64,000 nt of DNA from the human T2T-CHM13v2.0 reference genome, Homo sapiens. Made by a program: the position numbers and the translations under genes. The stretch lies in the NCBI RefSeq assembly GCF_009914755.1, contig NC_060942.1; one strand, given 5' to 3'. Of this stretch, positions 45,558-59,188 are shown one piece after another. Each line of letters starts with the position of its first letter. Position 1 is the stretch's first letter. The notes under the pieces were generated by a model. It was not told the origin of the DNA. It did not search any database and saw only the letters and a program-made list of their open reading frames with translations.

Positions 45558-45784
45558 TGTGCTTTCCTTTCTCACCTGTCACCTGCTCTTTTCCAAGCTC
45601 ACTCCCATCTGCAGATACTCTTGCTCCCTTAAAGGGACTGGTTAATTTTTGTACCTGGTGTTGTCACCTTTAGAGGGAGTTGCTGAATCCAGAGTGACAA
45701 TTTTAGGCAAAACCAAGTGGAAATATGACTATTAAATGTACGCTCCCAGATCCCTTACACTTGGCTGAGTTGAACAAAGAGTTT

Positions 45785-45793
45785 GTATATATA

Positions 45794-45830
<37 letters not shown>
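45785..45830. repeat. (TA)n(TG)n microsatellite
   Basis: Pure TG run of about 16 units. Confidence 0.97.
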
Positions 45831-45831
<1 letters not shown>

Positions 45832-47848
45832 CATGGACTGCAGAGTACAAAGGGAAAGAGAAAGTCCTCTATCGAAGAAGCCATCACAAGCAGAAGCAAG
45901 TCTAGAGCCAAGAGAATGGTCTTGGACCAAGAAGTCCTCCCAAACCTTCTCTTGCACATCCCCAATTTTAGCCTCTGGGTAATGACAGTGGGTTCAGGAA
46001 TTATAAAGGAAAAAGCCAGACAGCATGGTGGGAAAATGCTGCACAGGATGTGAGAGGGCATGGTCTGCCCCAGCCCTGCCACCTACCATCTGTGTGACCT
46101 TGGACAAGTCACATATCCTACCCAGATCTTGATTTTCCCATTGGCGAAGCTGGAGGTTTGGACTGAACAATTGCTATGGTTTCTTCCCACTCCAAATTGC
46201 TAATATGCTAACACCTTTGAAAACAAGCTGTCTTGGTGCTGGCTAACAACTTCAGGAATGCAACACTGAAAAGGTGTGCCCAATGGTGCAAAATCAAACC
46301 CTATTTTAGATGAACATTCTTAACAGAAAAAAAAAAAAACAAAAAAAAAAACACCTTTGGTTTTTTGCCTGCTTACACAACTCCAGGACTTTGCATTCTT
46401 GAATCTCATTAGCTCCCACAACAACCCTGGGCATCATCCTCCCATTTCATAGGAGGAGGAACTGAGACTTGAAGAAGAAAAGTCAGCGCTTAAGGTGACC
46501 CAGAGCCAGAGCCTGCCTGGCCCTGAAGAATAAGCCATTTAAAGACATTTGCAGGAAATCCTTATTCTGTTTTGAGATCCTTCTTCCCCCAATTTATCAC
46601 TTGATAAATTTGGATTGTTGTTACATACTACAATTTCTTAGAGGAGGAGATACTTGCATTGTTTTAAAATTCTCTTAAAATGTATTTCTTTATGCATATG
46701 CCCACTAATATGCATCATTCTATATAAATACAAAAATCATCTGATCATATACATACTTTTCTAAACGTACTTTTTTTTGCTCCCTCTTTGCTTGGCTCTC
46801 TTTCTTTCTCCTTCTCACTTCAGCATCGCTTCTCCTCAGATAACCCATGTAACAGTTGAGGGTGTAGCCTGCCAAATTTCCCTCCATTTCACCCAACCCT
46901 GCACAGACCCACGTGTACATAGACATATGGGGATGTCAGTGTTCCCTTTACAAAACGGCATCACATAAGACATGTTTTCCTGTGTCTCGCTTTTCTCACT
47001 CAATAATACTTCCTGGGAATTGCTCCAAGTCATCTGGTATGTATTTAATTCATTATTTTTGATGGCTGAAAAATATTCCCTGGTGTAGATATAAGGAAAT
47101 GTTTTCTGATAGACATAATTATAGGATCACCAAAATGTGGGCCCTGCAGACTTACACAAAGCTCTGGCTTTGGAAGGACACTCAGCGGGCTGCTCCTGCT
47201 AGAAAGGGGGGAAGGTGTCCAGCCAGAGTAAAGGCAAAAGCAGAGAAAAATGAGCAGAAAAAAGTGATACATATTCAAAACTATGTATAAGCACACATCT
47301 GTGAACATTGTGTATTAGAAAAATCCCAGAGAGAATGGGGTCACCAAAATGCTCATCATGGTGGCCACCTCTGATGGGCAGGGCTGTAGGGAATTTTTAC
47401 TTTCTTTTACATACGTTTCTGTATTTGAATTTTTATGGTTGTGTATTAGATATGCTACCGGGATAAACAATAAAGGTGTTTTCAGTTAAAAAATAAGGTC
47501 TTTTTGTATGACCTTTCACCCAAATCCTGAGGCTATTAGTGATGAATGAGAACTGGTCAGGAAGGTCAACAGCACACTGCAAAAGAGGGATCAGAATGGA
47601 AATAGCTGTGAGATGGACATTTGGAGTTATTGTGTGTATGAGATATTGAGATTAAATTCATTTGTAATTCATGTAACTCCAAATATGGCTAACATGGTGG
47701 CAGGAAAGGAATTGTGGATGTTACACACAGTGTTAAGCAAGTGGTTTTATAATGCAGAATGTAGGTTCCTTCTAGAATGAGGCCATGTGAATTGTCACCA
47801 CGATTAAACATGCCTGCAAAGTCCCCCTTCTGGACGAAGGTGGTATTT

Positions 47849-47988
47849 CTGCAGGCGACAGGTTTTCATCCAGCAGAGACCACTGAGAACTGCAGGCGAC
47901 AGGTTTTCATCCAGCAGAGAATAAGGCTTGAGAATTGCAGGTGACAGGTTTTCATCCAGCAGAGACCACAGGCTTGAGAACTGCAGGC
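47849..47988. repeat. Tandem repeat, 3 full copies of 41-46 nt plus a partial
   Basis: TGCAGGYGACAGGTTTTCATCCAGCAGAGA core in units starting 47849, 47890 and 47935. Confidence 0.95.
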
Positions 47989-48770
47989 AGGCAGGGGTGA
48001 GCTAGGGCATGACTTCAGAGAGCTCCTAGGCTGACACCCCTGCCATCGTCCCTCTACCCTAGACCCTATAGAGCATCCAGCTCTCCTCCCAAAGGGCAGC
48101 GTGAAGCACAAGGAGTTGATGGGTAACTGCTGGAGGCCACACAGTTGACCAGGTGACAGCGCTAGTATCCAGAGGCCTGGACCCCCTGCAACCCCTTCAC
48201 TTCAGGAAGAGCCCCTTCCTCACAGATATCTCTTCCTCCCCGCTCCAGCCCTGGTGACAACAAAAGACAGGCTGCATTCCTGAGGCTGGAGGGAAAGATG
48301 CTTCAATTAAGAGCGGCTTTTTCTTCTGCAGGATGGAAAATTCTACAACTGAGGCCCAGGACTGTGGGGCAGGAAGCTTACAGCTGGGCCTTTGCCTTCC
48401 TTTCCTCCTAAGACAGGAAGGTGCCAGGTGGTGCTGAGAACTCTCTCTCGGCCAACATTGTGGGTTTAAGGGTAATGTGAGGGTGACTATTTTATTTTGT
48501 TTTGTTTATTTTGGGAGGTTTGCAGATGAGCAGTATCAGCAGACACAGTCCTTGTGGATGGGAGGTAGTACTGAGCCATGGAAAGGGCTTAGGCCTGGCC
48601 CTGACTTGCTCAGTGAGTCATTCACTTTTCTGGGATAGTCTCCCAGCTGTCAAGTTCTCATCAGTACTGGTCCTAGCAGCCACATAGAGCAACTCCTACA
48701 GGATTGATTGTACTTGAGCTGGGCTTTCTCTAAAAGAGCAGCAAATAATGCCATAGCTCAAGAGGGAAGT

Positions 48771-49132
48771 TGCTATGAACAGAGTTGTATCTCCCCAAAT
48801 TTATACATTGAAGCTGGAACCCCCAATGCCATGGTATTTGGAGATGGGGGACTTCAAGAGATAATTAGGTTTAGATAAGGTCATGAGGGTGGGGCCCTTA
48901 TGATGGAATTAGTGCCCTTACACAAAGAGGAAGAGAAACCAGAGCTCTCTCTCTCTGCCACGTGAGGACACAGAGAGAAGGCGGCCATGTGCAGGACAGA
49001 AAGAGAGTGCTCCCAGAACTCCACCATGCTAGAACCCTGATCTCAGACTTCCAGCCTCCAAAGCTGTGAGAAATAGCTTTCTGTTGTTTAAGCCACCCAC
49101 TCTCTGATATTTTGTTATGGCAGTCTGAGCAG
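48771..49132 (+). mobile_element. MLT1-type MaLR LTR
   Basis: TGCTATG...GGTATTTGGAGATGGG...CTGTGAGAAATA...TTTGTTATGGCAG. Confidence 0.85.
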
Positions 49133-49911
49133 AGGTCAGAACCTCTTCTGCCAAATTCCCAAGGAGTTGCTTGGTCTGGGGGAGCCAAATCCAGGGAGCT
49201 GCAGGTTGGACAAGTGTGGCTTTGAGAAGCTTGGCCTCCTGAGGGCCAGAGCCCATAGCCGAGGGCTCTGCCTAGGTCCAGCCTGGCTGCCGCTTCTGTG
49301 CAGACAAGGGCTACCTTTCCTTGTGCAGGGAAGGCTCTAGGGTGTGGTATGAGCAGGGCCAGCCCCAGGGAGAGGTGCAGATGTGGGAGCGTCCACAGTG
49401 GTTCTGGCCCTGTGAGCTATGTACTCAGCTTTCACTTACCCTTTGGCAAGCCTTGATCTTGGATTCCCCTTTCCACCCTCCCCTGGCTCCTTCTCAGCAC
49501 CTTTCCTGCCTTCCAGAGCCTCAGGGCTCTTCCTGGCTTCCAGCTTGGTTACCAAGGGGTTTTAATTAGACAAATTGATGACTGTGACTATGTTGCCCAG
49601 GTAACTAAGACCCTTAATCTTCCAGAAATGTCTGAGTCTCCAGAAGGCTCTGATGAGAGAATGCAAAGCCCCTTATCTGGGGTACTGTGAGGCAGATGGA
49701 CCATTGGATTACCCTAGCTTGTCTCTGGTCCCTACTCTGCCCACATGGATGGTGGGTTTTCACTATGACCGTGTAAACAGCAGGCTTCATAACTGTGTTT
49801 CTTTGTCATTTTAGATTGAGGGAAGGGGAAGGCAAGGAAAGTCTCTGCTCTCTGGCACTGTTTGACTTTCTCAGTATCCTTCCAAGGAAGCATCCCTGGA
49901 TCCAAAGACTA

Positions 49912-50466
<555 letters not shown>

Positions 50467-50825
50467 TCAGTTTGGGACCAAGACAATCACGATGAAAAAG
50501 CCCCACTAGCTGCCTGGCCTCAGCACCAAAGAATGGTGACATCGTTATGCAGGATGGAGATGGGGAGGGTGGTGAGACTTGGAGAGCAGAGGGAGGAGGG
50601 GAAGGGAAGAGTCCCCTGTAACAGACATGTCTTAGCAAAGTCATAGGTGGGAACAGTGGGGTGTGGAGGTGCAGATATTTCTGGGGGAATGCTGGCTTGG
50701 GTGAAGTTTGGGTTCAGGGAGGGAAAAGCTAATGGAGAAGGTATGGGTGCAGGCAGCCTGTGGGGGTAAGTGCCAGTCTAAGGTGTCCAGACTTCATCCT
50801 GAGGTAGAGATTTGAAGAAAAGGTT

Positions 50826-51187
50826 GTTATAAATGGAATGTCTGTGCCCCAGTTCCCCCAAATTTATATGTTGAAACCTATTCTCCAGTGTGATGGTATT
50901 TGGAGGTAGGGTCTTTGAGAGGTGATGGGGTCATGAGAGCTGAGCCCTCATGAATGAGATTCATGCCTTTATAAAAGGGGCCCTGGAGAGCTCCCTCCGC
51001 CTTCTGCCATGTGAGGACACAGTGAGAAGATGGCTATGAACCAGGAGGCAGGCCCTCACCAGACACCAGATTTGCTGGTGCCTTGGTCCTGGACTCCCAG
51101 CCTCTAGAACTGTGAGAAATACATTTCTGTTGTTTCTAAGCTACCAGTCTGAGGTATTCTGTTATAGCAGTCAGAATGGACTAAGAG
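50826..51187 (+). mobile_element. MLT1A-type MaLR LTR
   Basis: Same LTR hallmarks, ends GAATGGACTAAGA. Confidence 0.85.
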
Positions 51188-51579
51188 AAAGATGTAGCAG
51201 AGTTAAGGGGGAGGTGGAGGCTGTCTCAGCAGTCCTGGAGAGAGTGAGGAGATGAAGTGGGCATCCGAACAGTTCAGAGGTGGCTCTGATGGAAGGAGGT
51301 GTGGTCCTTGTCTACGTAGATGTGGGGCAATGTTTGGACTGAGTAGCACTGTCCATCCACAGGGTGGGCTCCCATTAAATGCAGTCCCATGCTTTCCCTT
51401 TCACCATTGCCTGTTTAGCCCCTGGGTGCTTGCACAGGATTGGCACACAGTAGGTGCTCAGTAAGTACTTGCTGGTTAGGCCCATTTGTGTACCTATGGC
51501 TCCCACCCAAGAGGGAGATTCTCGGGGTCCTCCCTTACCTACCCACCCCCCACCACTTCCCATGGGCCTCCCCTTCCTA

Positions 51580-51738
<159 letters not shown>

Positions 51739-54700
51739 TCAGCACAGGGGAAGCAGTGCCCGTCTTCAGGGCGGGAGCAAGAGGGTCACGGCCTCCGGTC
51801 CTTCATTTGATCTTAGGCTGCAGCCTGGGGGTGGGGGAGGCAGGTTAAAAGCACCACGATTGAGGCGTTGTAGGTAGAATCTGCCCGGATTCTGGGGCTA
51901 CAGCGAATGCTCTCATTTTATTTATAGTAGCAACCTCTTTGTAGGCAAATATGGGAGCCACTGGGAATGCAGCAGGAGGTGGGGCTGAACATTCAGCTAC
52001 AGGGGTGAGATGCAAAATGGAGATTGGTGCTGAGAAGGGACAAGAAGTGGGGCCCAGTGCAAAAGCAAAGGGGAAAGACCCAGGCAGGCAAAGCCACCCC
52101 AAAGACCCTTGCACTTGCTCCAGCAAGCAGTCTCACTTGCATCTTGTCTTGGTGTCACTCCATCTCACCCTGCTATTCACTCAATCGTGTCTGCACAGGT
52201 GTGCACTCCTCCAACACTGGTTAAGTAGGTGCCAAGTGCCAGGACTGGACTAGACCCTGGGTGACACTAGAACTCAATCTCTAGCCCCAGACACAAACAT
52301 GGACTGTACCATATGACAGAATGTGATAGATAACCCTGCAAAAAAGAGCCAAAGTACCGTGGGGTAAGAGGAAAACCTGGCTCCCCATTTCCTCTCCCAC
52401 CTTGTGTCCTGGTACTTTCTCTCTTTCTCACTCCAGCCACTCTGCCTCCTAGCTGCACCCAGAGCACTTAGGTGTGCTCCTCCCTAGAGCTCTGCAATGC
52501 TGTCCTTCTGCCTGGAGTCCTTCCCTCTTTCCCTCTCCCTCCCCCACCCATAGTGGCATGGCTCACTGACTCACCTCCTTCTCATCCTTACTCAAAAGTC
52601 ATGTCTCAGAGATGTCTATCCAACCACCCTAATTAAAATTGCTACCTGATCCCCCTAAGCCAAGATACTGAGAGAGTGTGACATGTGATCCAGGCTCACT
52701 CCCCAGGGACCAGACCAGGGATGGAACCAGCACCCTGGAGGACACAGTAAGTGTCTGGCTCAAGTGTCCCCAGACATAGACCCCTTGCTGCAGTACCTGG
52801 ATGACTGACGGTCTGGGATTCTGGATCCAAAGGGGTAGCTCTGTTTCTGTGCCTTTATCTCAGAGACATGATAAAAATAATGAAGATGAGAGACGGCCAT
52901 ACCTGTGGCTCAATGTAGCACCACTCCCAGCCCCTCAGCCACCCTTTTGCCTCTGTAACTTTTCTCAAGGAGAAATCTCTGCTACCTGAAACAAGTAGAG
53001 TGAATCTAGGCAAAGAGACAGGCAGCCTCTGATAGAGGAAGAGATCCACAGAAAGTGCATCCTTCTGCAGTAGGGAGGGGTTCTGCAGCCCAGGGCAGAT
53101 TCCAGCCCAGAGACCCAAAGCCATCCCAGCAAGGGAAGTTGTACCATTGCCTTCTGCTTTCCCATGGGAGGTGATGGTCTATTCTGCAAACAGGTACTGG
53201 TGAATTCAAAGAGGGATCCTGGGTGTGGTTAGGGAAATGGTTTGTCAGAATCAGTGAGGGAGGCACGGAGCACTGGGAACCTGCATATCACCGTGATGGA
53301 CTCAAGTAGGAGGTGTGAGAGATGATGCGGGTGGGGTTTCCTACATGGATTGAAATGAATTCTTTCCTAGTGGTCCTAAGGATAAGGTAGAGAAGCAAGG
53401 TTTGTAAGCAAGGACATTTAGGTAGATTAGAAACACATGTTGCTAGTCACATCTGTGGTCTTTTGAGAGGAAGTTTCAATCAGCATATTTTCACCTTGCT
53501 TACTTTCCCACACGAAGCGGCTTGATAAAAATGTAGAAGGCATGATTCCCAACTTTGTTCACAGGTTGCTGGGAAGGAACAGATGAAAGAGGATCAGGAA
53601 CTTGAATATTCAGGGCAGGTAAACGTGATGAGCCCCATCTAACAGATCTCCCGTGGGGCCAGCACACCCAAGGACAAGCCCTACTAGAGGAAGGCTCTCA
53701 GTAGTCACGCAAAGGAAGAAGCACATGGAAGTCACTAGCATAAAGGGGCCACCAGCAAAGCTACTGTGGGCTTAGGAGGCATGGGTCGTAGTTTGAAAGG
53801 CAAGACAGGAGAGGAGCGAACAGATCCCCATTGAAATCTTGCCTTCATCCTGGGCATGGCATCTGCAGAGGGCAGCGAATGAGTGATACAGGTTGTACCA
53901 AGAGGGAAAGGGGCAGGATGCAGGGAAGATTCCATGTCACATTGTTCAAGGAGCTGCTGCAGAATAAACAGATGTTTAGTCTCGAGACAAGAACTACAGG
54001 GGCATGTGACGGCCATGGAGGAATGCTAGGAGCATAGTTGGGCTTCTAGTGGACATTTGGATTTTACTGTCTTACGTTTCAGGCCCACGGTTTACGCTGA
54101 GGAGCTCCTACCATGTGGGTTGGATGGAGCTGAGAGTCCTGGGCCTGCCCAATCAGAATCCTCCCCAGAATCCTCCTAGAGGATCTGTGTATGGAACTTA
54201 AGCAGGGAGATGCTCTCTTCCCTTCCATGGAAGCTATTAAGCTGAAATGGTGTGGGATTGGAGCTGCGAGCAGCCACCTTCCACAATGGAGAGAGTCTGT
54301 ACTAAAACAAAGTTGATACATGGGAGGAAACAGAGTTGAGAGGAGAAGAGAGAAAGAGACGTACTGAGACCACGGGAGCCTCTGGAGACAGCCAAGTCTC
54401 GGCTAGAGCCACCCAAGACTTCCAAGTTCTGGGAGCCAATATATTCCCTTTTGCTACAGCCAGCTTAGGATTGGGTTTCAGGTACATACAACCAAGAGTC
54501 CTGACCACTCCTGAAATTTTCTGTTTGACTCCATTGGGACTACCAAAGGAGGGATGCTTCAATAACATAAATATGAAGATGGATTTTCTAGCTGAACTGT
54601 CTGGTGAAGCAAGCAGTGACTGTTCCATCCCTGGGGAGTTGGCCTGCAAGCTGGACTGTATTTTGGCTGGAAGTGTTGCAGGTAAGGCTGACTGGGCAGC

Positions 54701-55533
54701 CTTAAAAGGCTTCAAGAGTGGGAGCATAGGGAGTGGGAGGGGCTGCAGAGAGGAAGACATTGGCCCTGCCAGAGGATGTCCCAGAGAGAGATACAGACAG
54801 AAGGAGCTTGGGTCCCTAAATCACTCCGTGGAAGACCTCCCACCAAACACACATACTGGACTGGGTATTATAGGAGTGAAAAATGTTTTGTTGTGTGAAG
54901 ACACTGAGATTTAGGGGTTTGCCTCTTACTGAAGCTAGTGCTGCCTTAATAACTAAGATTGGAAAAATCCATTTCTTATGTCACGCTCTGCCTTTGACAA
55001 GCCTCTTCCAATCTGTTGGGCCCAGACCCTGGCATCTGTGAGAGGCACATCTCCCTCAGCTTTGATGGCCATCCCCTCAGGATCAATTACTCTTCCCCTT
55101 TAAATATCCCCTGAGGAAGGGACAAAAGGAAAGCCGCTGCTAGAGATACTGGCTTCCCCTGCATTCTGTTTCTAGGAAGCGTTGATTAGGCAGCTGTTGC
55201 CACAGGCATCAGTTGGATGATGTCCATGTTATAAAAATAAACCAGAGAGAACTCCACACCAAACCACCCAGCTCAGCCTTCAGGTCAGGGTCAGCTTGTC
55301 CCCAGTGGGTTTTCCTGCTACCTAATTAGTCCCTGTGATTCTGAGCCATGAGCTGGCATCAGTGTTTCTTAGCAGTTCCAGTTTCACCAAACAGCATTTA
55401 GGATGTTTCCTCATGCATATCTCCATATTATTCCCTGTATCTGGCACCTGACCCCCCTCCAGCTGGAACGGTGTCTTCTTATTCCAGCACCATTCCCTGC
55501 CTCCCTCCTGAGCCAATGATCTCCCCCACATAC

Positions 55534-55704
55534 TGGTCTCTTCCAGCTCATCACAGATCTTGTTGTTGGCACAGGCAAAGTCGCGGACCGTCTGCCCGTC
55601 ACCCTCACTCTTGGAGAGCCAGCAGTCACACTGGAAGTGGAAGGTCTCGTCGCGGGAGTTGTCCTTCACATCGACATAGCTCAGATGCCAGCCAGGAAAT
55701 ATCC
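55534..55704 (-). CDS. LOXHD1: LOXHD1 exon ([57 protein letters not shown])
   Basis: CTTTTCCACAG acceptor, GTATGT donor, 171 nt. PLAT C-terminal motif F.C..WL....DG. Upstream exons lie beyond the window. Confidence 0.96.
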
Positions 55705-57025
55705 CTGTGGAAAAGACACCATGGGGGTTGGAAGCTGGATGTGCCTTCCCTCCCCTTTCAGACTTCTACATCCCCACAACCCATTGGCTGTGTGGCCCTG
55801 GACAAGTTATCTGTCCTCTTTGGGCCTTGATCTCCTTGTTGATAAAGTGAGGGGTTGGGTTAGGTGGTCTCAGAGGGTTCCTCCAGCACAGAGGATATAA
55901 TTTTCTGCAAAGCCCTTAACTTTGGGTTCATGAACCCTAGAGGATTTGTGTATGGAACTTAAGCAGTCCATGACCCCAAGAAATTGTGCTGTAATTATAC
56001 ATGAACATTTTACCAGGGAGAGAGCTCATAGCTGTCATTAATTTATAATTGAGATCTCTGACCCAAAATAGAACTTTCTGGAGCTCACCAAGATGAAGGA
56101 TGACTTCTATCACTTCCTGACACCAGTATTTACTTAGTCCATGCCCATTATCCTTCCAGAATCAGTTCAGGTGTCAGCTCCTCCAAGAAGCCTTCCCTGA
56201 TGTCCCCTGATCACCTGCTAGGCCTGCATCAGGTGTTCTCCATGCTCCTATAGCCCCCTGCATCTGCCGTGGCCACACACTGTCCACCTTGTGTTGTCAG
56301 TATTTACATGTGTCTCATCCTCCAGGCCATGAGCTCTTGAAGGCAGGGAGTAGGTCTTACTTGTTTTCGTTTCTTGCATGCCTAGCATAATGACTGGCAA
56401 GTAGCAGTTGCTCAATGAATGCTGAATGAATTAATGTGTCATGACTTGGCTAAGCTGTTCAACAATCATAGAAGAAATCCAAAGCTGCTATTTCTTTTGG
56501 GTATGTTGCTAATATTGAACACATAGCTGCCCTTGTTATAATTGGCAGGGCTTCCCTCGGAAGTGTGCCCACCATAGCACAGCTATCAAATATGAATTGA
56601 TGTGCACTTGCCTGCATGGTGTAAATAGCATGCATGTGACAGCTGCATGCTCTTTATACCATGCACTGGTTGAGTTACTCTCTTCTCTTCAAAGTCCTTG
56701 AGAACCCTTACAACCAAAGGACCCCAGGCAGGAGGATATCCCAGTGGTTTGGCAGGTTACTTGCTGCTCATTATATGTCCGCAAGGAAACTCCAAGTGTC
56801 TTAAAGCACAAAGAGACACAAAAAGATAGACACACACTTGCAGTCACCCAGATCGCAGGGGACACATGTTAAGGCTCAGCAGGGAATACACATTGGCGGT
56901 CCTGGTATAGCATCATTCCAGGTTGAAAAAGTACTTCTTACGTTTTGTAAACACAGGTCTTCACTGAAGTGGAAAACAGCACCAATAGAGTTAAGCTAAA
57001 TTTTAAAACACTTCTGTTGAGTTAA

Positions 57026-57337
<312 letters not shown>

Positions 57338-57428
57338 TAAGTTATTTTAACAATAAATTTGTTTCTTAACTCAATTAATCTTTCAATTTTTCTACATTAG
57401 GGCCAATTCCACCTGTAAGTTTGCAAAA

Positions 57429-57513
57429 TGGCTGCTTTCTGAGATGCTTCCTGATAGTGTCATGAAGATGAGACCTTCTGCCTCAAGTGCGACTGCTGGC
57501 TGTCGAAGATTGA
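57429..57513 (+). other. Inverted degenerate copy of part of LOXHD1 exon 55534-55704
   Basis: 57467-57513 on plus matches exon sense sequence 55651-55605 at 38/47 nt and translates DETFCLKCDCWLSKI versus [15 protein letters not shown]. Confidence 0.85.
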
Positions 57514-57764
57514 ACTACTTAGCAGCCTCAATGCATTCAGTCTGGAAATGAGGCAGAGGAGACCTGCTGAAGCAGTGCTCAAACACTTCTGAAGTGGAAT
57601 ATAGGAAGGAAGAGACAGGTAAAGAGGAAGGCAGAGAAAAAGGCGACAAGTTGATGATTTTATTGGAAGGTGTCCAGGTGGAAGAGACTTTTTGTCCTCC
57701 TCCCACCATTCATCCTCACTGTGTGCATGTGTGTGACAGAAGACACACACACAAACAGATTCTA

Positions 57765-58046
57765 CTATCCAGCTCTTAGAGAGTTTGATTGCTACAGACC
57801 TCTGGAGTGGGGCCTAGGCATCATTAGTCATTAAGGCTCTCCAGGTGATCCCAATGTGTAGCCAAGGCTGAGAACCTGGGCCTGTATCACTATCACCTGG
57901 AGGGTTTGTTAAACTATAGGTTACTGAGCCCTACTGCCAGAGTTTCTGATTCAGTTTGCGGTGGGGTCCAAGAATGCCCATCTCTAACTAGCTCCCAGGC
58001 GAGGTCAACGCTGCTGGTCCTAGAGCGACACCTTGAGAACTACTGA
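57765..58046. mobile_element. MER5-type hAT MITE fragments
   Basis: ATCACCTGGAGGGTTTGTTAAA...ACCTTGAGAACTACTG motifs. Confidence 0.7.
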
Positions 58047-58831
58047 TTCAATGTATCAGGACCAGAGTCAGAGAGGTCTTTCTACAGAATCACAGCAATA
58101 GGAAATCAATGGGAAGTTTGAACATGTGATTGCATGCGTGAGTGTGAGCATGAGTATGCTAGTGGAGGAGGATGGCATTACCTGGAGACGTGGGCCATCA
58201 CGAGATTTTTTCTGTTGCTGGAATGCACCATTTATCATGCTCTACCCTACACAGTTTTCACTACACAATTACACTTTCCGGGCTCCAGCCAGAATGGTGA
58301 CAGAGAAAAACAGTGAGCTAAGGGGAAGGGTGGATTCTGGGATGGCTTTACCTTTATCCACATATAATTCATTGCCCCCACTGCATGGATGAAGACAACC
58401 AGAATAGGAGCCTGTCTGGCCTGGGTTGCCCTGGTGCTCAGTGGCAGGTTGCCTCTCTTCCCACTGTGGCCCCCTTTCCCCCGTCCTCTCAAAAATTGGC
58501 ATTGTCTGACCCCATCCACAATTTTCAAATTAGAATTCCTCAGAGAAACTCCTTCCATGAGCTTTGTGCCTGCTGCTCACTTAATTGCCTTGTTTTGGAA
58601 ATTTTGGGTGTGATTGACAGGGATCTCACCATGACTTTCTCCCACTAAGAATCTATGAAACATGCAACTATGAAACATCTGGCAGGCTGATGTCATGTGT
58701 CTGGATTTTGCTGATGATGACAGCAGGATAGTAGAGAGTAGACAGCAGGATAGTAGACTCACAGGTACAGCATGGCTAACTGAGTGGCCAGCACTAGCTG
58801 CATGGTGGATATCCTACTTGGCCTTAGCAGA

Positions 58832-59188
58832 TGTATTAGTTTGTTCTCATGCTGCTGTGAAGAAATACCCAAGACTGGGTAATTTATAAAGAAAAGAGGT
58901 TTAATTGACTCACAGTTCTGCATGGCTAGGGAGGCCTCAGGAAACTTACAATTATGGCAGAAGGCAACTCTTCACAAGGTGGCAGGAGAGAGAATGATTG
59001 CCAAGTGAAGGGGGAAGCCCCTAATGAAACCATCAGATCTTGTGAGAACTCGCTCACTATCACAAGAACAGCATGGGGGAAACCACACCCGCAATTCAAT
59101 TATCTCCCCCTGGTCTCGCCTTTGACACTTGGAGATTATTACGATTTAAGGTGAGATTTGGGTGGGGACACAGAGCCAAAGCATATCA
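58832..59188 (-). mobile_element. THE1 solo LTR with near-perfect 5-bp TSD (GCAGA/GTAGA)
   Basis: TGTATTAGT...CATATCA termini. Confidence 0.9.

Noticed and set aside
47849-47988. CRISPR-like repeat-spacer appearance
   Set aside because: Eukaryotic intron, linkers are short and related to each other, no cas genes.
54336-54914. 192-aa ORF
   Set aside because: Overlaps degenerate MLT1-like LTR sequence, no protein similarity recognised.
58720-58760. Small direct duplications (GACAGCAGGATAGTAGA x2, similar ones near 555-590 and 21540-21600)
   Set aside because: Ordinary slippage duplications with no further structure.
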